64,000 nucleotides of DNA from Abyssalbus ytuae (GCF_022807975.1 NZ_CP094358.1:4124171-4188170); one strand, 5' to 3'; counted from the first letter of the stretch, positions 30,084 to 40,124 are shown. Numbers and translations: made by a program. Notes: generated from the sequence alone by a model not told the origin.

Positions 30084-30602
30084 ATGGGAGATTATATTAA
30101 TAATTATGTTTTTAAAGCATTAGAAAATTACCCTTATGATTTAGAAGAAGTTATGGAGGCATTGAATTATGCGCTGTCATATGATGAAAAAAACACCATG
30201 GCTTTAACTTTAAAGGGTAGAGTATATGCCGAGAAACTTTATAAATATGAGGAGGCAATTTCATATTACAAACAAGTTTTGGCTGAAAATATCAGTGCTT
30301 TTGAAGTGTATTCACCTTATATAAACACACTTTTTTGGAATGAAGATTATAAAGAGGCAGAACAGTTTATAAATTTTGCCCTAACCGTTAAAGGATCGGA
30401 CAAAGCACTGTTGTATTTAAAAAAAGCCATTTTGAATGAACAATTGAGAAAGTATAAGAAGGCTTTGAAATTATTAAAAGTGGCAGAAGAACATACTTTT
30501 AACAATGAATTTATAAGTACTATAAATTCTGAACGAGCCAGGATAAAGGGGAAGATCCCCAAGAAGGAAAATTCAGAACAAAAAAAACGAAGAAAAAAGT
30601 AA
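30084..30602 (+). CDS. TPR-repeat protein, third gene of the rtcB-prfH operon.
   Basis: Helical repeats rich in Tyr, Ala and Leu (ALTLKGRVYAEKLYKYEEAISYYKQVL...). Its start is 2 bp after the prfH stop. Confidence 0.55.
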   Translation: MGDYINNYVFKALENYPYDLEEVMEALNYALSYDEKNTMALTLKGRVYAEKLYKYEEAISYYKQVLAENISAFEVYSPYINTLFWNEDYKEAEQFINFALTVKGSDKALLYLKKAILNEQLRKYKKALKLLKVAEEHTFNNEFISTINSERARIKGKIPKKENSEQKKRRKK

Positions 30603-30799
30603 CATAATTTCAACTATGTAAGTTGATTGTGTATCCGGCAGGAGATACAAAGTATACGTTCTTTAAAATATCAGGCTGGTCTTGTTGTGTGTTTCTGTAT
30701 AGCACTATTGTATGGGGTATTACAAAGTTTGTATAATCACCTCATATACAACCTGACCTGGAGGTTTGGCTATTTCCAAAAATAGTTGCTAATCTATGT

Positions 30800-30828
30800 G
30801 TTGAGGGTTCGAATCCCTCCCGGGTACC
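30800..30828 (+). pseudogene. tRNA 3' fragment, T-arm plus acceptor 3' strand.
   Basis: gagggttcgaatccctc + ccgggtacc. No matching 5' acceptor is found upstream. Confidence 0.4.
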
Positions 30829-30838
30829 TGGTTTTCAG

Positions 30839-30901
30839 AGGCCCTGTAGCTCAAAGGCAGAGCAATAGATCGTTTCATGTGGGTTCGAGTCCCACTCCCA
30901 T
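30839..30901 (+). pseudogene. Truncated tRNA-like sequence. Acceptor, D-arm and T-arm are present but there is no anticodon arm and no complementary 3' acceptor.
   Basis: ggccctgtagctcaaaggcagagca...gtgggttcgagtcccac, about 62 nt. Confidence 0.35.
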
Positions 30902-30905
30902 AATT

Positions 30906-31007
30906 ACGGGATGGCGGAACTGGCAAACGCACTAGACTGTAAATCTAGCGAAACCGGCATTTTATGCCTCTTTTACCTGCACAGGTTCGAATCCTGTCGA
31001 GGCCACC
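30906..31007 (+). pseudogene. Degenerate class-II tRNA-Tyr(GTA)-like gene with an oversized variable region and non-pairing acceptor strands.
   Basis: D-arm gcggaactggcaaacgc, of the class II type. Anticodon arm ctagaCTGTAAAtctag. T-arm acaggttcgaatcctgt followed by cgaggccACCA. The variable region is about 32 nt and the 5' end gggatgg does not pair with the 3' end. Confidence 0.4.
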
Positions 31008-31012
31008 ATTTC

Positions 31013-31067
31013 AGGTCTTGTAGCTCAGTCAGGCAGAGCACTACACTCATAATGTAGGATTAAAGCT
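31013..31067 (+). pseudogene. 5' half of tRNA-Met/Ile2 (anticodon CAT), truncated after the anticodon arm.
   Basis: ggtcttg ta gctcagtcaggcagagc a ctacaCTCATAAtgtag, with no T-arm afterwards. Confidence 0.45.
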
Positions 31068-31441
31068 GAATCATCTTATAAAACTGATTTCCAGCCAGTC
31101 AGGCTGTAAAATTGACAAAAAGTAATTGTAAATCGGTTGTTATAGTATTTGTTGTAGCAACAATCTCTAATGTACTTTGAAATATTGGTATTGTTATTAT
31201 TGGAAATAACTACTTTTTTGGATTCAGATTTTAGCATAGTAACATATAAAAACTTTAATCTCATTCCTTAAAACCGGTTGTAGAACTTGTAACAAACTGA
31301 TGTTTCCGTATATGAAAGATGATTTGCTTTCACTGTTTTTTTAGAAAATTGTTTTATTAAAATATACTTTGGTAAAAGATCTATACCCGGGATTATTGAT
31401 CAAAGTAGGCAAGGTCTCCGTTACAGAAATTGTCATTATGA

Positions 31442-32536
31442 ATGTTTAATTTAAAAAGTAAAAAAATGAAAAGAGTAAGAATTAATGCGGGCAAAGTAGG
31501 TTTGATTTTCAAAAAAGGTGATTACCAACGGGTGATTACCAAAGGAACTCATTGGTTAGGATTTAATGAAAGTATATTAAAATATGATCTGACCAGGCCT
31601 TTTACAGCACCGGTAGCATTGGAACTCTTACTACATGACAAGGAGTTGGAGGCCATGTTGGATGTAATTGAAGTAAAGGATCATGAACTTGTGCTGGTTT
31701 ATGAAAACGGTAATTTTAAAAACATCTTGTTTGCGGGCCGTTATGTTTACTGGAAAGGATTGATTGATCGTGAATTTGTATATGCAGATCTAAGCAAAAT
31801 TTATATTACCGAAAGGATTGACAAGTCACTATTTAATCATTCTGAATTGGGTAAGTATATCAGGACTTTTGAGGTGGCTGCTTATGAAAAAGCAGTTTTG
31901 ATGGTAGATGATGTGTATACAAAAACCCTGGAAAGCGGTACCTACCGTTTTTGGAGAAATGATACCTCCATTAAAATTGCCAAGGCAGATTTGAGGCAGT
32001 TGCAATTGGAAATTGCCGGTCAGGAATTACTGACCAGGGATAAGGCAGCAATTCGTATAAACTTTTATACCCAGTATAAGGTTGTTGATATTGAAAAAGC
32101 TTTGTTGGATAACAGAGATTATGAAAAGCAATTGTATGTGTCAATGCAACTGGCCTTAAGAACTTTTATAGGAAACTACACGTTGGATGAGCTTTTGGAA
32201 CGTAAAGAAAGTATTGCGAACGCAGTATTGGAAAGCGTAAAGAACCACACAGTGAAATTAGGGGTGCGTGTGTTGAATTGCGGTATTCGTGATATTATTT
32301 TACCTGGTGATATGAAAGAGATCATGAACCAGGTATTGGTGGCACAAAAAAAGGCCCAGGCTAATATTATTACCCGCCGTGAAGAGACCGCCTCTACACG
32401 TAGTTTGCTAAATACTGCCAAACTAAAGGAAATGGAATATGTAGAGAAAATTGCTGATAAAATTGGTGAGATCAGTGTCTCTGGTGACGGGGGTATGATC
32501 AAACAATTAAAGGATATATTCTCTGTGAATAAATAG
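31442..32536 (+). CDS. SPFH/band-7 (stomatin-like) domain protein.
   Basis: The central region IRINFYTQYKVVDIEKALLDNRDYEKQLYVSMQLALRTFIGNYTLDELLERKESIANAVLE...VLNCGIRDIILPGDMKEIMNQVLVAQKKAQA follows the SPFH pattern. Confidence 0.6.
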   Translation: MFNLKSKKMKRVRINAGKVGLIFKKGDYQRVITKGTHWLGFNESILKYDLTRPFTAPVALELLLHDKELEAMLDVIEVKDHELVLVYENGNFKNILFAGRYVYWKGLIDREFVYADLSKIYITERIDKSLFNHSELGKYIRTFEVAAYEKAVLMVDDVYTKTLESGTYRFWRNDTSIKIAKADLRQLQLEIAGQELLTRDKAAIRINFYTQYKVVDIEKALLDNRDYEKQLYVSMQLALRTFIGNYTLDELLERKESIANAVLESVKNHTVKLGVRVLNCGIRDIILPGDMKEIMNQVLVAQKKAQANIITRREETASTRSLLNTAKLKEMEYVEKIADKIGEISVSGDGGMIKQLKDIFSVNK

Positions 32537-32860
32537 GTGGGTGTGATAATGATGCACTGGTTTTACAGCCAGTGCATTTTTTATTAATAAAAAGAGGAGT
32601 TCATATTAACCAAAAATGGGTTTTTCATATAATGGCAAAGCCTGCCTACAATGAATTTGTTCAGTCGGGTTGTATACAATTTGCTATGATGTTTTTAGAA
32701 TGATAAAATACTGCGCTGTCAGGAGATCAGGGTGGAGGAGTATACCTTATTTTCTTTTATGTAAAATTTAGATTCAACAGCTTTTATTTTGTTAAACTTT
32801 TTTTAAAAAATATCAAAATAAAAGTAATACTATTAATTTTGAATGCAATTATTTTAAATA

Positions 32861-33535
32861 ATGAAAGATATACTCTCGAACTTAAAGATCAATATCAATG
32901 AAGGTTTATTCCTGAAAGATCCGGAATCTTCCAAACTGGGGAAAAAGATTATTGAGCATTCCATTCTTATGATTTATGAGCAGGGCTTTGATAATTTTAC
33001 TTTTAAAAAACTTGGAGAAAAAATAGGGTCCAACGAAAGTTCGGTTTACCGCTATTTTGAGAACAAGCATAAATTATTGCTTTATCTGACGTCCTGGTAT
33101 TGGGGATGGGTGGAGTATAAATTGGTTTTTACCACGAATAGTATCTCGAATATTGAAGAAAAACTAACGAAAGCTATAGAGATCGTAACGCAACCTGCAC
33201 AGGAAGACAGCTCATTTTCTCATATAAACGAAGTACTTTTGAGCAGCATTGTGATCTCAGAGCATTCCAAATCATACCTGACCAAAGAAGTTGACAAAGA
33301 TAATAAAGAGGGGTTCTTCCTGACTTACAAACGACTGGTCAACCGGTTATCGGACATGGTGTTGGAGATCAACCCAGGGTACCTGTACCCTAAAAGCCTT
33401 ATGTCGACAGTCATGGAGGGAGCATTGCACCAGCATTTTCTTAAGGATCATTTTAAATCCATCACGAATTGTGGTGAAGAACATTCACCAACTGATTTTT
33501 TTATTCACCTGATATTCACCGCAATTAAAAAATAG
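32861..33535 (+). CDS. TetR-family transcriptional regulator.
   Basis: N-terminal HTH FDNFTFKKLGEKIGSNESSVYRYFENKHKLL. Confidence 0.7.
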   Translation: MKDILSNLKININEGLFLKDPESSKLGKKIIEHSILMIYEQGFDNFTFKKLGEKIGSNESSVYRYFENKHKLLLYLTSWYWGWVEYKLVFTTNSISNIEEKLTKAIEIVTQPAQEDSSFSHINEVLLSSIVISEHSKSYLTKEVDKDNKEGFFLTYKRLVNRLSDMVLEINPGYLYPKSLMSTVMEGALHQHFLKDHFKSITNCGEEHSPTDFFIHLIFTAIKK

Positions 33536-33545
33536 ACTAAATTAC

Positions 33546-35222
33546 ATGGCAAAGGAAAAATACACCCCTTTAAAACGTTTTTGGGGATTACTTAAGCTAG
33601 ACAGGCGTGATATATACCAGATACTATCGTATGCGATTTTCGCCGGACTGGTAAATTTATCGCTTCCGCTGGGAATACAGGCAATCATCAATCTGATCCA
33701 GATGGGGCAGGTGAGTACTTCCTGGATCGTTCTGGTTATATTGGTTGTACTGGGAGTAGCTTTTGCAGGGACTCTTCAACTGATGCAATTTCGTATCACG
33801 GAAAACCTTCAACAGAAAATATTTGCGAAGTCTTCCTTTGAATTTGCCTACCGGTTCCCGAAGATTAAGTTCAATGAGTTTTATAATACTTATCCTCCTG
33901 AACTGGCCAATCGTTTTTTTGACACTATTATCATCCAAAAGGGAATTTCCAAGATACTGATTGACTTTTCGGCAGCGATCCTGCAGGTTTTTTTCGGAAT
34001 TTTGTTACTTTCTTTTTATCATCCGTTTTTTATCCTCTACGGACTGGCCCTGGTAGGGTTGATCTATATTATTTTTAAGTTTACTGCCCCTAAAGGGTTG
34101 GCTACCAGCCTTGATGAATCCAAATACAAGTATAAAGTGGCTCATTGGCTCCAGGAGATAGCCAGATCCGTTAACAGTTTCAAGCTTTCAGGGAATACAT
34201 CTCATGCCATGGAAAAGAATGATTCGCTGGTAATGAGTTATTTACATGCCCGGGAAAGTCACTTTAAAGTTCTTGTTTCACAATTCATCCAACTCATCGG
34301 ATTTAAAGTACTGGTTACTGCCGGGTTACTTATTATCGGAGGATTGCTGGTTCTTAACCAGCAAATGAATATAGGCCAGTTTGTTGCGGCCGAGATTATT
34401 ATACTTCTTATTGTTGCTTCTGTAGAGAAACTCATTTTGGGGCTGGAAACTGTTTACGATGTACTGACTTCTCTGGAAAAGATCGGACAGGTAGTAGATA
34501 TGGACCTGGAGAATGTGGAGGGGGAACGACCCTTTTCAAACGAGTCGGACTACAGTATTAAGCTGGAAAATGTGAATTACAGATATCCCGGAAGTGAGGA
34601 AGATGTTCTTCATAACATCAACCTGGAGATAAAACAGGGCGATAAAATATGTATACAGGGGCCCAACGGTTCGGGAAAATCAACTTTGGTTCGGATCTTA
34701 TCCGGATTATTAACACCTACCAAAGGTAATTTTTATGTGGGCGATCGAAATATGGCCCCGATCAACCTGAATAATTACAGGTCATATCTTGGGCAGGTAC
34801 TTACGGATGAAACGCCGTTTGAAGGTTCTATATACAGCAACATTACTTTTGGGAGTAAGGAATTAACATTGAAAGATGTGCAATGGGCCGTGGAAAAATC
34901 AGGACTTTCGGATTATATACGTTCTCTGCCGGAAGGGCTTCATTCGCAGGTATACCCTGAAGGAAAACAGCTTTCTTCCGCCATTACGAGAAAAATACTC
35001 CTGGCCAGGAGCATTGTTAAAAAACCAAAAATCCTTTTGTATAAAGATCCGCTGGATCCTATCGATCAGGAGGAAACCGAGAGGTTGATGGACTTCCTCA
35101 CCGAAAAATCGAATCCATGGACGCTCATCGTGGTGAGCCGTAACGAAAAATGGACAGGAAAGTGCAGTAAGATTATTCATTTGGATAAGGGTTCTGTTAT
35201 TTCAGTGACAAAAAGAAAATAA
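33546..35222 (+). CDS. ABC exporter with fused permease and ATPase domains, of the HlyB/peptide-export type and lacking a C39 peptidase domain.
   Basis: An N-terminal six-TM region. Walker A GPNGSGKST. ABC signature LSSAITRKILLARSI. Walker B ILLYKDPLD. Confidence 0.8.
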   Translation: MAKEKYTPLKRFWGLLKLDRRDIYQILSYAIFAGLVNLSLPLGIQAIINLIQMGQVSTSWIVLVILVVLGVAFAGTLQLMQFRITENLQQKIFAKSSFEFAYRFPKIKFNEFYNTYPPELANRFFDTIIIQKGISKILIDFSAAILQVFFGILLLSFYHPFFILYGLALVGLIYIIFKFTAPKGLATSLDESKYKYKVAHWLQEIARSVNSFKLSGNTSHAMEKNDSLVMSYLHARESHFKVLVSQFIQLIGFKVLVTAGLLIIGGLLVLNQQMNIGQFVAAEIIILLIVASVEKLILGLETVYDVLTSLEKIGQVVDMDLENVEGERPFSNESDYSIKLENVNYRYPGSEEDVLHNINLEIKQGDKICIQGPNGSGKSTLVRILSGLLTPTKGNFYVGDRNMAPINLNNYRSYLGQVLTDETPFEGSIYSNITFGSKELTLKDVQWAVEKSGLSDYIRSLPEGLHSQVYPEGKQLSSAITRKILLARSIVKKPKILLYKDPLDPIDQEETERLMDFLTEKSNPWTLIVVSRNEKWTGKCSKIIHLDKGSVISVTKRK

Positions 35223-35223
35223 T

Positions 35224-36579
35224 ATGCTCAATATCACTCAAAATAAACTCAACGAAAAAGTAGATATCAGCAACTACAAATCGGTTACCACCGTGAGCAA
35301 CAAAACTCATTTCAAGATGTTTAACCGGCTGCTGAAGGTATTCTTTATAATTTGCCTGTTCAGTATGTTCCTGCCATGGACACAGAACATTAAAGGCAGG
35401 GGATATGTAACTACGCTACTTCCGGGTCAACGGCCGCAAACTATTCATTCTGCTATTGCGGGCCGTATTGAAAAGTGGTATGTACGGGAAGGCGACCTGG
35501 TGCGGAAAGGAGATACTATCCTGTTTATTTCGGAGATAAAGGACGATTATTTTGATCCCATGCTGGTAGAGCGTACCGGGCAGCAGGTTAAAGCCAAGGA
35601 ATTATCGGTTGTTTCTTATACTGAAAAAGTAAAGGTGCTGGACAAACAGATCACTGCTATTCAAAATGAACAGGGGCTCAAGCTTCAGCAGGCACAGAAC
35701 AAACTCCGGCAATCGCAGCTTAAGGTAAAGAGTGACAGTATTGACCTGAAAGCCGCCGAAACACAGTTAAGCATTGCCACACGCCAGTATGACAGGGTTG
35801 TACAATTGCACTCCGAAGGGTTGAAAGCCATGACGGATGTTGAAGAAAAGCAACTGAAATTACAGGAATCACAGGCAAAGATCATTTCTGCAGAGAACAA
35901 ATTACTGGCCGCCAAAAATGAGGTGATCAATGCTGAAGTTGAACTGAACCGTATCCGGGCTGAATACACCGACAAGATCTCCAAGGCCGAAAGCGATAAA
36001 TTTACGGCCCTGAGCAATCAATATGATGCCGAAGCACAGGTGACGAAGCTTCAGAACCAGCAGACCAATTACGAGGTTCGTACGGGTTTACATTATATTA
36101 CCGCACCACAGTCGGGTTATATCAACAAAGCCCTGCAATCGGGTTTGGGAGAAACTTTCAAAGAAGGGGCAGCCATTGTGGGCATAATGCCGGATAAGTT
36201 TGATATGGCTGTGGAAACTTATGTTGAGCCCATTGATTTGCCTCTTATTCATGTTGGTGAAAAGATACGTATACAGTTTGATGGATGGCCTACTATCTTT
36301 TTTAGTGGATGGCCCAATGTGTCTTATGGCACTTATGGTGGGAAGATTGTAGCCATTGAAAATTTCATTAGTGAAAATGGCAAATACCGTATACTGGTGG
36401 CTCCCGATCCGGGAGAAAACCCCTGGCCGGACGTACGGGTGGGTTCGGGTGCTTTTACCATGGCCTTACTGAAAGATGTTCCGGTATGGTTTGAATTATG
36501 GCGGAAACTAAACGGCTTTCCACCTAACTATTACAAGCCGGTAACACCGGATAACACTGGTCAAAAAGATAAAAAATGA
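35224..36579 (+). CDS. HlyD-family membrane fusion protein.
   Basis: A single N-terminal TM, a long coiled coil (QQAQNKLRQSQLKVKSD...) and a C-terminal beta domain. Its start is 2 bp after the ABC stop. Confidence 0.75.
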   Translation: MLNITQNKLNEKVDISNYKSVTTVSNKTHFKMFNRLLKVFFIICLFSMFLPWTQNIKGRGYVTTLLPGQRPQTIHSAIAGRIEKWYVREGDLVRKGDTILFISEIKDDYFDPMLVERTGQQVKAKELSVVSYTEKVKVLDKQITAIQNEQGLKLQQAQNKLRQSQLKVKSDSIDLKAAETQLSIATRQYDRVVQLHSEGLKAMTDVEEKQLKLQESQAKIISAENKLLAAKNEVINAEVELNRIRAEYTDKISKAESDKFTALSNQYDAEAQVTKLQNQQTNYEVRTGLHYITAPQSGYINKALQSGLGETFKEGAAIVGIMPDKFDMAVETYVEPIDLPLIHVGEKIRIQFDGWPTIFFSGWPNVSYGTYGGKIVAIENFISENGKYRILVAPDPGENPWPDVRVGSGAFTMALLKDVPVWFELWRKLNGFPPNYYKPVTPDNTGQKDKK

Positions 36580-37982
36580 AAAGAGAGGTCATATTATTTA
36601 TTTTATTGATATACAGTAGTTTAAATTTTGCTTCAGATAGTTTGCGGGTGCGTGTACTAACCTTCAATGAGTACCTGGGTTACGTGAAGCAGTTTCATCC
36701 TATAGTCCGGCAAGCAGGCTTACAGGTTAATATGGCTCAGTATAAACTCATGAAATCGCGGGGTGCTTTCGATCCTAAAATCGAGGTGGATTACGAGAAA
36801 AAAAATTTCAAGTCTACCGAGTACTACGACATCCTGAACGGTACTTTTAAAATACCTACCTGGTTCGGGATCGAGCTGAAAGCCGGTTTTGAGCAGAACG
36901 AAGGAACTTATCTTAATCCGCAATATACTGTTCCGGAAAAGGGTTTGTACTCGGCCGGGATTAGTATTCCCCTGGGACAGGGATTGTTTATAAACGAACG
37001 TATGGCTTCTTTGAAGCAAGCCAGGCTGTTTTTATCGCTGACTGAATCTGAAAGAATGTTACTGGTAAACGAGGTGCTTTATGAAGCTGCGTTGGCTTAT
37101 TTTGACTGGTATGCTGCATTTAGTGAGCTCAATATGTTTCGTGAATACCTCAATAATACCTCCATTCGCTATGAGGGTATAAAACAACAGGTTTTGCAGG
37201 GTGACAAAGCGGCTATTGACAGTGTGGAGGCCGGTATTGCCATGAAGAACCGGAAACTAAGCCTTGAAAAAGCCCGTATCCGCTATGTAAAGAAAACCAT
37301 GGAGTTATCCAATTACCTGTGGATGGAAGGAAATATACCGGTAGAACTCCAGGATAATATTGTACCTGATGAGGATTTGTTGTTGAATATTGACAAAACA
37401 CTCAATATAAATAATGGGTTGGTTCCGGATTATACATTATCCGAACATCCGAAAATAAAAATGTTACAATATAAGGTTGAAACTTTAAAAGTGGATAGAC
37501 GCCTGAAAGCCGAAAAGTTGAAGCCCCGACTTGATGTTAATTATAATTTTATTACCGCAGGGCCTTTGAATGCCCAGGATTTTAATACCGATGATTACAA
37601 AGCGGGATTGAATTTCAGTATCCCTCTTTTGCTTAGAAAAGAACGGGGCGATGTAAAGCTTGCGAATACAAAAATAAAGGATGCGGAATTAGACTTTTCT
37701 CTGGAAATGTTAAGGCTGGACAATAAGATAGAATCGCTTTTTCTCGAGCAGGATTCCTACGAGAATCAATTGGATTTAATGCGAACGATTGTTTCAGATT
37801 ATGATACTATGTTGCAAGGAGAATACCGAAAGTTTAATTTGGGAGAAAGTTCGGTTTTTCTGGTTAACTCCCGGGAAAATAGCCTTATTGAAGCCCGGTT
37901 AAAAGAACTTGATGTAAGAGTAGGACTTTTATCGGTTAAAGCAAGTTTATTTAATGTGCTGGCGATACAACTTAATGAATGA
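36576..37982 (+). CDS. TolC-family outer-membrane efflux protein.
   Basis: Signal peptide and tandem coiled-coil repeats. It overlaps the HlyD stop and completes the tripartite exporter. Confidence 0.7.
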   Translation: MKREVILFILLIYSSLNFASDSLRVRVLTFNEYLGYVKQFHPIVRQAGLQVNMAQYKLMKSRGAFDPKIEVDYEKKNFKSTEYYDILNGTFKIPTWFGIELKAGFEQNEGTYLNPQYTVPEKGLYSAGISIPLGQGLFINERMASLKQARLFLSLTESERMLLVNEVLYEAALAYFDWYAAFSELNMFREYLNNTSIRYEGIKQQVLQGDKAAIDSVEAGIAMKNRKLSLEKARIRYVKKTMELSNYLWMEGNIPVELQDNIVPDEDLLLNIDKTLNINNGLVPDYTLSEHPKIKMLQYKVETLKVDRRLKAEKLKPRLDVNYNFITAGPLNAQDFNTDDYKAGLNFSIPLLLRKERGDVKLANTKIKDAELDFSLEMLRLDNKIESLFLEQDSYENQLDLMRTIVSDYDTMLQGEYRKFNLGESSVFLVNSRENSLIEARLKELDVRVGLLSVKASLFNVLAIQLNE

Positions 37983-38295
37983 TTTTTAGGAATTATGTAA
38001 ATTGCTTTTACCTAATATCATTGCCGATATAGGGCTAAAGCCTATATATTGTTGTCGCGTTATGTAACTTTGCTTTGGAAGAAAAAGCAATTATAAATAA
38101 CTACTTTCTTTTAGGACTTTTCTTTCCAAAAGTTTCTTTAAAAATATTGGAATACTTTTTATACGACGTAGGAGGGAAGAGGGAATGTGTGTGGAATGGT
38201 TTGTTCTCTCTAATTTCCAATTAATTACGGAATCCCATAATAAGTTAATTATTACAATTTTGTATATTTAAAAAGTATAAAAACACTTTTAAGAA

Positions 38296-38496
38296 ATGAA
38301 TAAATATGAACTAAAAATTGTCTCAATTATTGATGATGAACGTGTTGTTTTGTTACAAGCATTTTTATATGCTGAAAATGAAAATATTGCTAATACAATG
38401 GCTGACAACATTTTTACTACATACCAAGATAATAGTAATTATACCGAATATTATGAGGGTATTGTTGTACAAAGACCATTAACTTTAGTTGAGTAA
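38296..38496 (+). CDS. Hypothetical small protein.
   Basis: ORF within the very AT-rich block. Preceded by an R1-type repeat. Confidence 0.35.
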   Translation: MNKYELKIVSIIDDERVVLLQAFLYAENENIANTMADNIFTTYQDNSNYTEYYEGIVVQRPLTLVE

Positions 38497-38519
38497 ATTC
38501 CTAATCGATTATAAATTGA

Positions 38520-39137
38520 ATGCACTATAAATTAACACAGGAAATAATAAAACTGAGTGAATCAGATTATTGGCATAGTGCTAAAAATGAATGGAATTTT
38601 GAATATGCATATTATAGCGATGAATTACAAAGATGTCTTTGTGGGCATTATCCAATTAAAAATATCTGTGTCATTAAAAACACCATAAATAATAGACATA
38701 CTGAGGTTGGGAATTGTTGTGTGAATAAATTTTTAGGAATAGATGAAGGAAACAAAATTTTCACATCAATTAAACGATTAAAAGAAGACCCAACAAAAAG
38801 TATGAGTCCAGAAGTTTTGGAGTACTTATTTAATAAAAAGGTATTAACCGACTTTGAATATAAATTTTACTTAGATACAATTAGGAAACGTAAATTTTCT
38901 TATAAACAACTTGAAATACGTAAAAAAATAAATCAAAAGTTAATTGATTTCACGAGTTATGAATCTAACTCTAATTTTTCAAGAATCAATTTAGTATTAA
39001 AATGGGCAGAAGAGAATACTTGGTTTGACACAAGCTTTGTTCATTCTTTGAAGCAGAATTGTGAAAGAAGAGGAAAATTGACCGAAAACCAATCTAAAGC
39101 TCTTGAGAACATAATTAAAAAACTAAAAATTGAATAA
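38520..39137 (+). CDS. Hypothetical protein with a Cys/His cluster.
   Basis: 205-aa ORF. Motif CLCGHYPIKNICVIKNTINNRHTEVGNCCVNKF suggests a possible zinc-binding module. Confidence 0.4.
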   Translation: MHYKLTQEIIKLSESDYWHSAKNEWNFEYAYYSDELQRCLCGHYPIKNICVIKNTINNRHTEVGNCCVNKFLGIDEGNKIFTSIKRLKEDPTKSMSPEVLEYLFNKKVLTDFEYKFYLDTIRKRKFSYKQLEIRKKINQKLIDFTSYESNSNFSRINLVLKWAEENTWFDTSFVHSLKQNCERRGKLTENQSKALENIIKKLKIE

Positions 39138-39194
39138 TTCTTTTCGTATTTAAATTGGAAAAGACAAGAAGCCCTTTCCCAAGGAAAGAACTTC

Positions 39195-40124
39195 TTATGA
39201 TGCTTTACCGTAAAGCTGTATTAATTTTTCTATGTCTATAGATGGATAATGAGATTTTACATAATCCTGAAAATCAATTAAAAAACCACTATAACTTTTA
39301 ACATATTCAATTAATTTATGTTTTGGTTTTCTGTAATGGCTATTAATGTTTTTTATTATAGCTTTTTTAGTACCGTCTTTTAATTCGTTGATAAAACTAT
39401 CATTTCCATCTGTATTTATATTTCCTTCTAAAATATCTTTAGATAAATAGTTGCTAGAAATAAACCAATTATAGTGATTAGTATAAATTCTTTGGCCACT
39501 TGTCAAAAACTGAGGTACTAGAATAATGCATTTTCCTTTGTAATGAGGTAACATAACTTTTTTAGTAACCCATTTTTTTGAAGAATGTTCATAATATTCA
39601 ATTTTGGTTTCTTCGACATCTATACCATATTTTAAACATTGCTGAAATGTAAATTCAGCCAAAATATCTCTACAAACATTTGCTAAAGTGTCCGACATAT
39701 TATCTTGACCAATACCTTTTACTAAAAGTAGTACATTATGAGCTTCATTAGTTACTGTAATTCCTGCTTTAACTAATTTATTAGCTCTTAATGAATCAAA
39801 AATTATTTCAGCTTTTGTTGGTCCAATTCCTTTACCTTTATTATTATAAGAGTAACCTAAATGGTATTCATTAGCTTCTCCTAAATGAGATAAGAAATTC
39901 AATCCGTTATTTCTATCATTAGGAATAATAAATGTTCTATTCAAAATTTCTAAAAAAGATTTACTTCTTACATACATCTTTTTTGCAATCATATTATCTA
40001 AATTATTAGCAATATGATAAGGGTCAATAAATGCTTCTAAATCATTTTCCATTAAAATGTTTAGATGTTCCGTGGTATTACTTTTAATACCGAAATGTTC
40101 GTTAAATGTTTTTAAATGTATCAT
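39195..40124 (-). CDS. Hypothetical protein.
   Basis: 309-aa ORF on the minus strand, AT-rich, with no recognisable motif. Confidence 0.4.
   Translation of the reverse strand: MIHLKTFNEHFGIKSNTTEHLNILMENDLEAFIDPYHIANNLDNMIAKKMYVRSKSFLEILNRTFIIPNDRNNGLNFLSHLGEANEYHLGYSYNNKGKGIGPTKAEIIFDSLRANKLVKAGITVTNEAHNVLLLVKGIGQDNMSDTLANVCRDILAEFTFQQCLKYGIDVEETKIEYYEHSSKKWVTKKVMLPHYKGKCIILVPQFLTSGQRIYTNHYNWFISSNYLSKDILEGNINTDGNDSFINELKDGTKKAIIKNINSHYRKPKHKLIEYVKSYSGFLIDFQDYVKSHYPSIDIEKLIQLYGKAS

Noticed and set aside
30790-31070. Intact functional tRNA-Tyr and tRNA-Met genes
   Set aside because: By hand-folding, the acceptor strands do not pair and the variable and anticodon regions are abnormal or missing. 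They are reported as fragments or pseudogenes pending tRNAscan.
31076-31264. 62-aa ORF right after the tRNA fragments
   Set aside because: It is an Asn/Tyr-rich low-complexity translation of AT-rich DNA with no start context.
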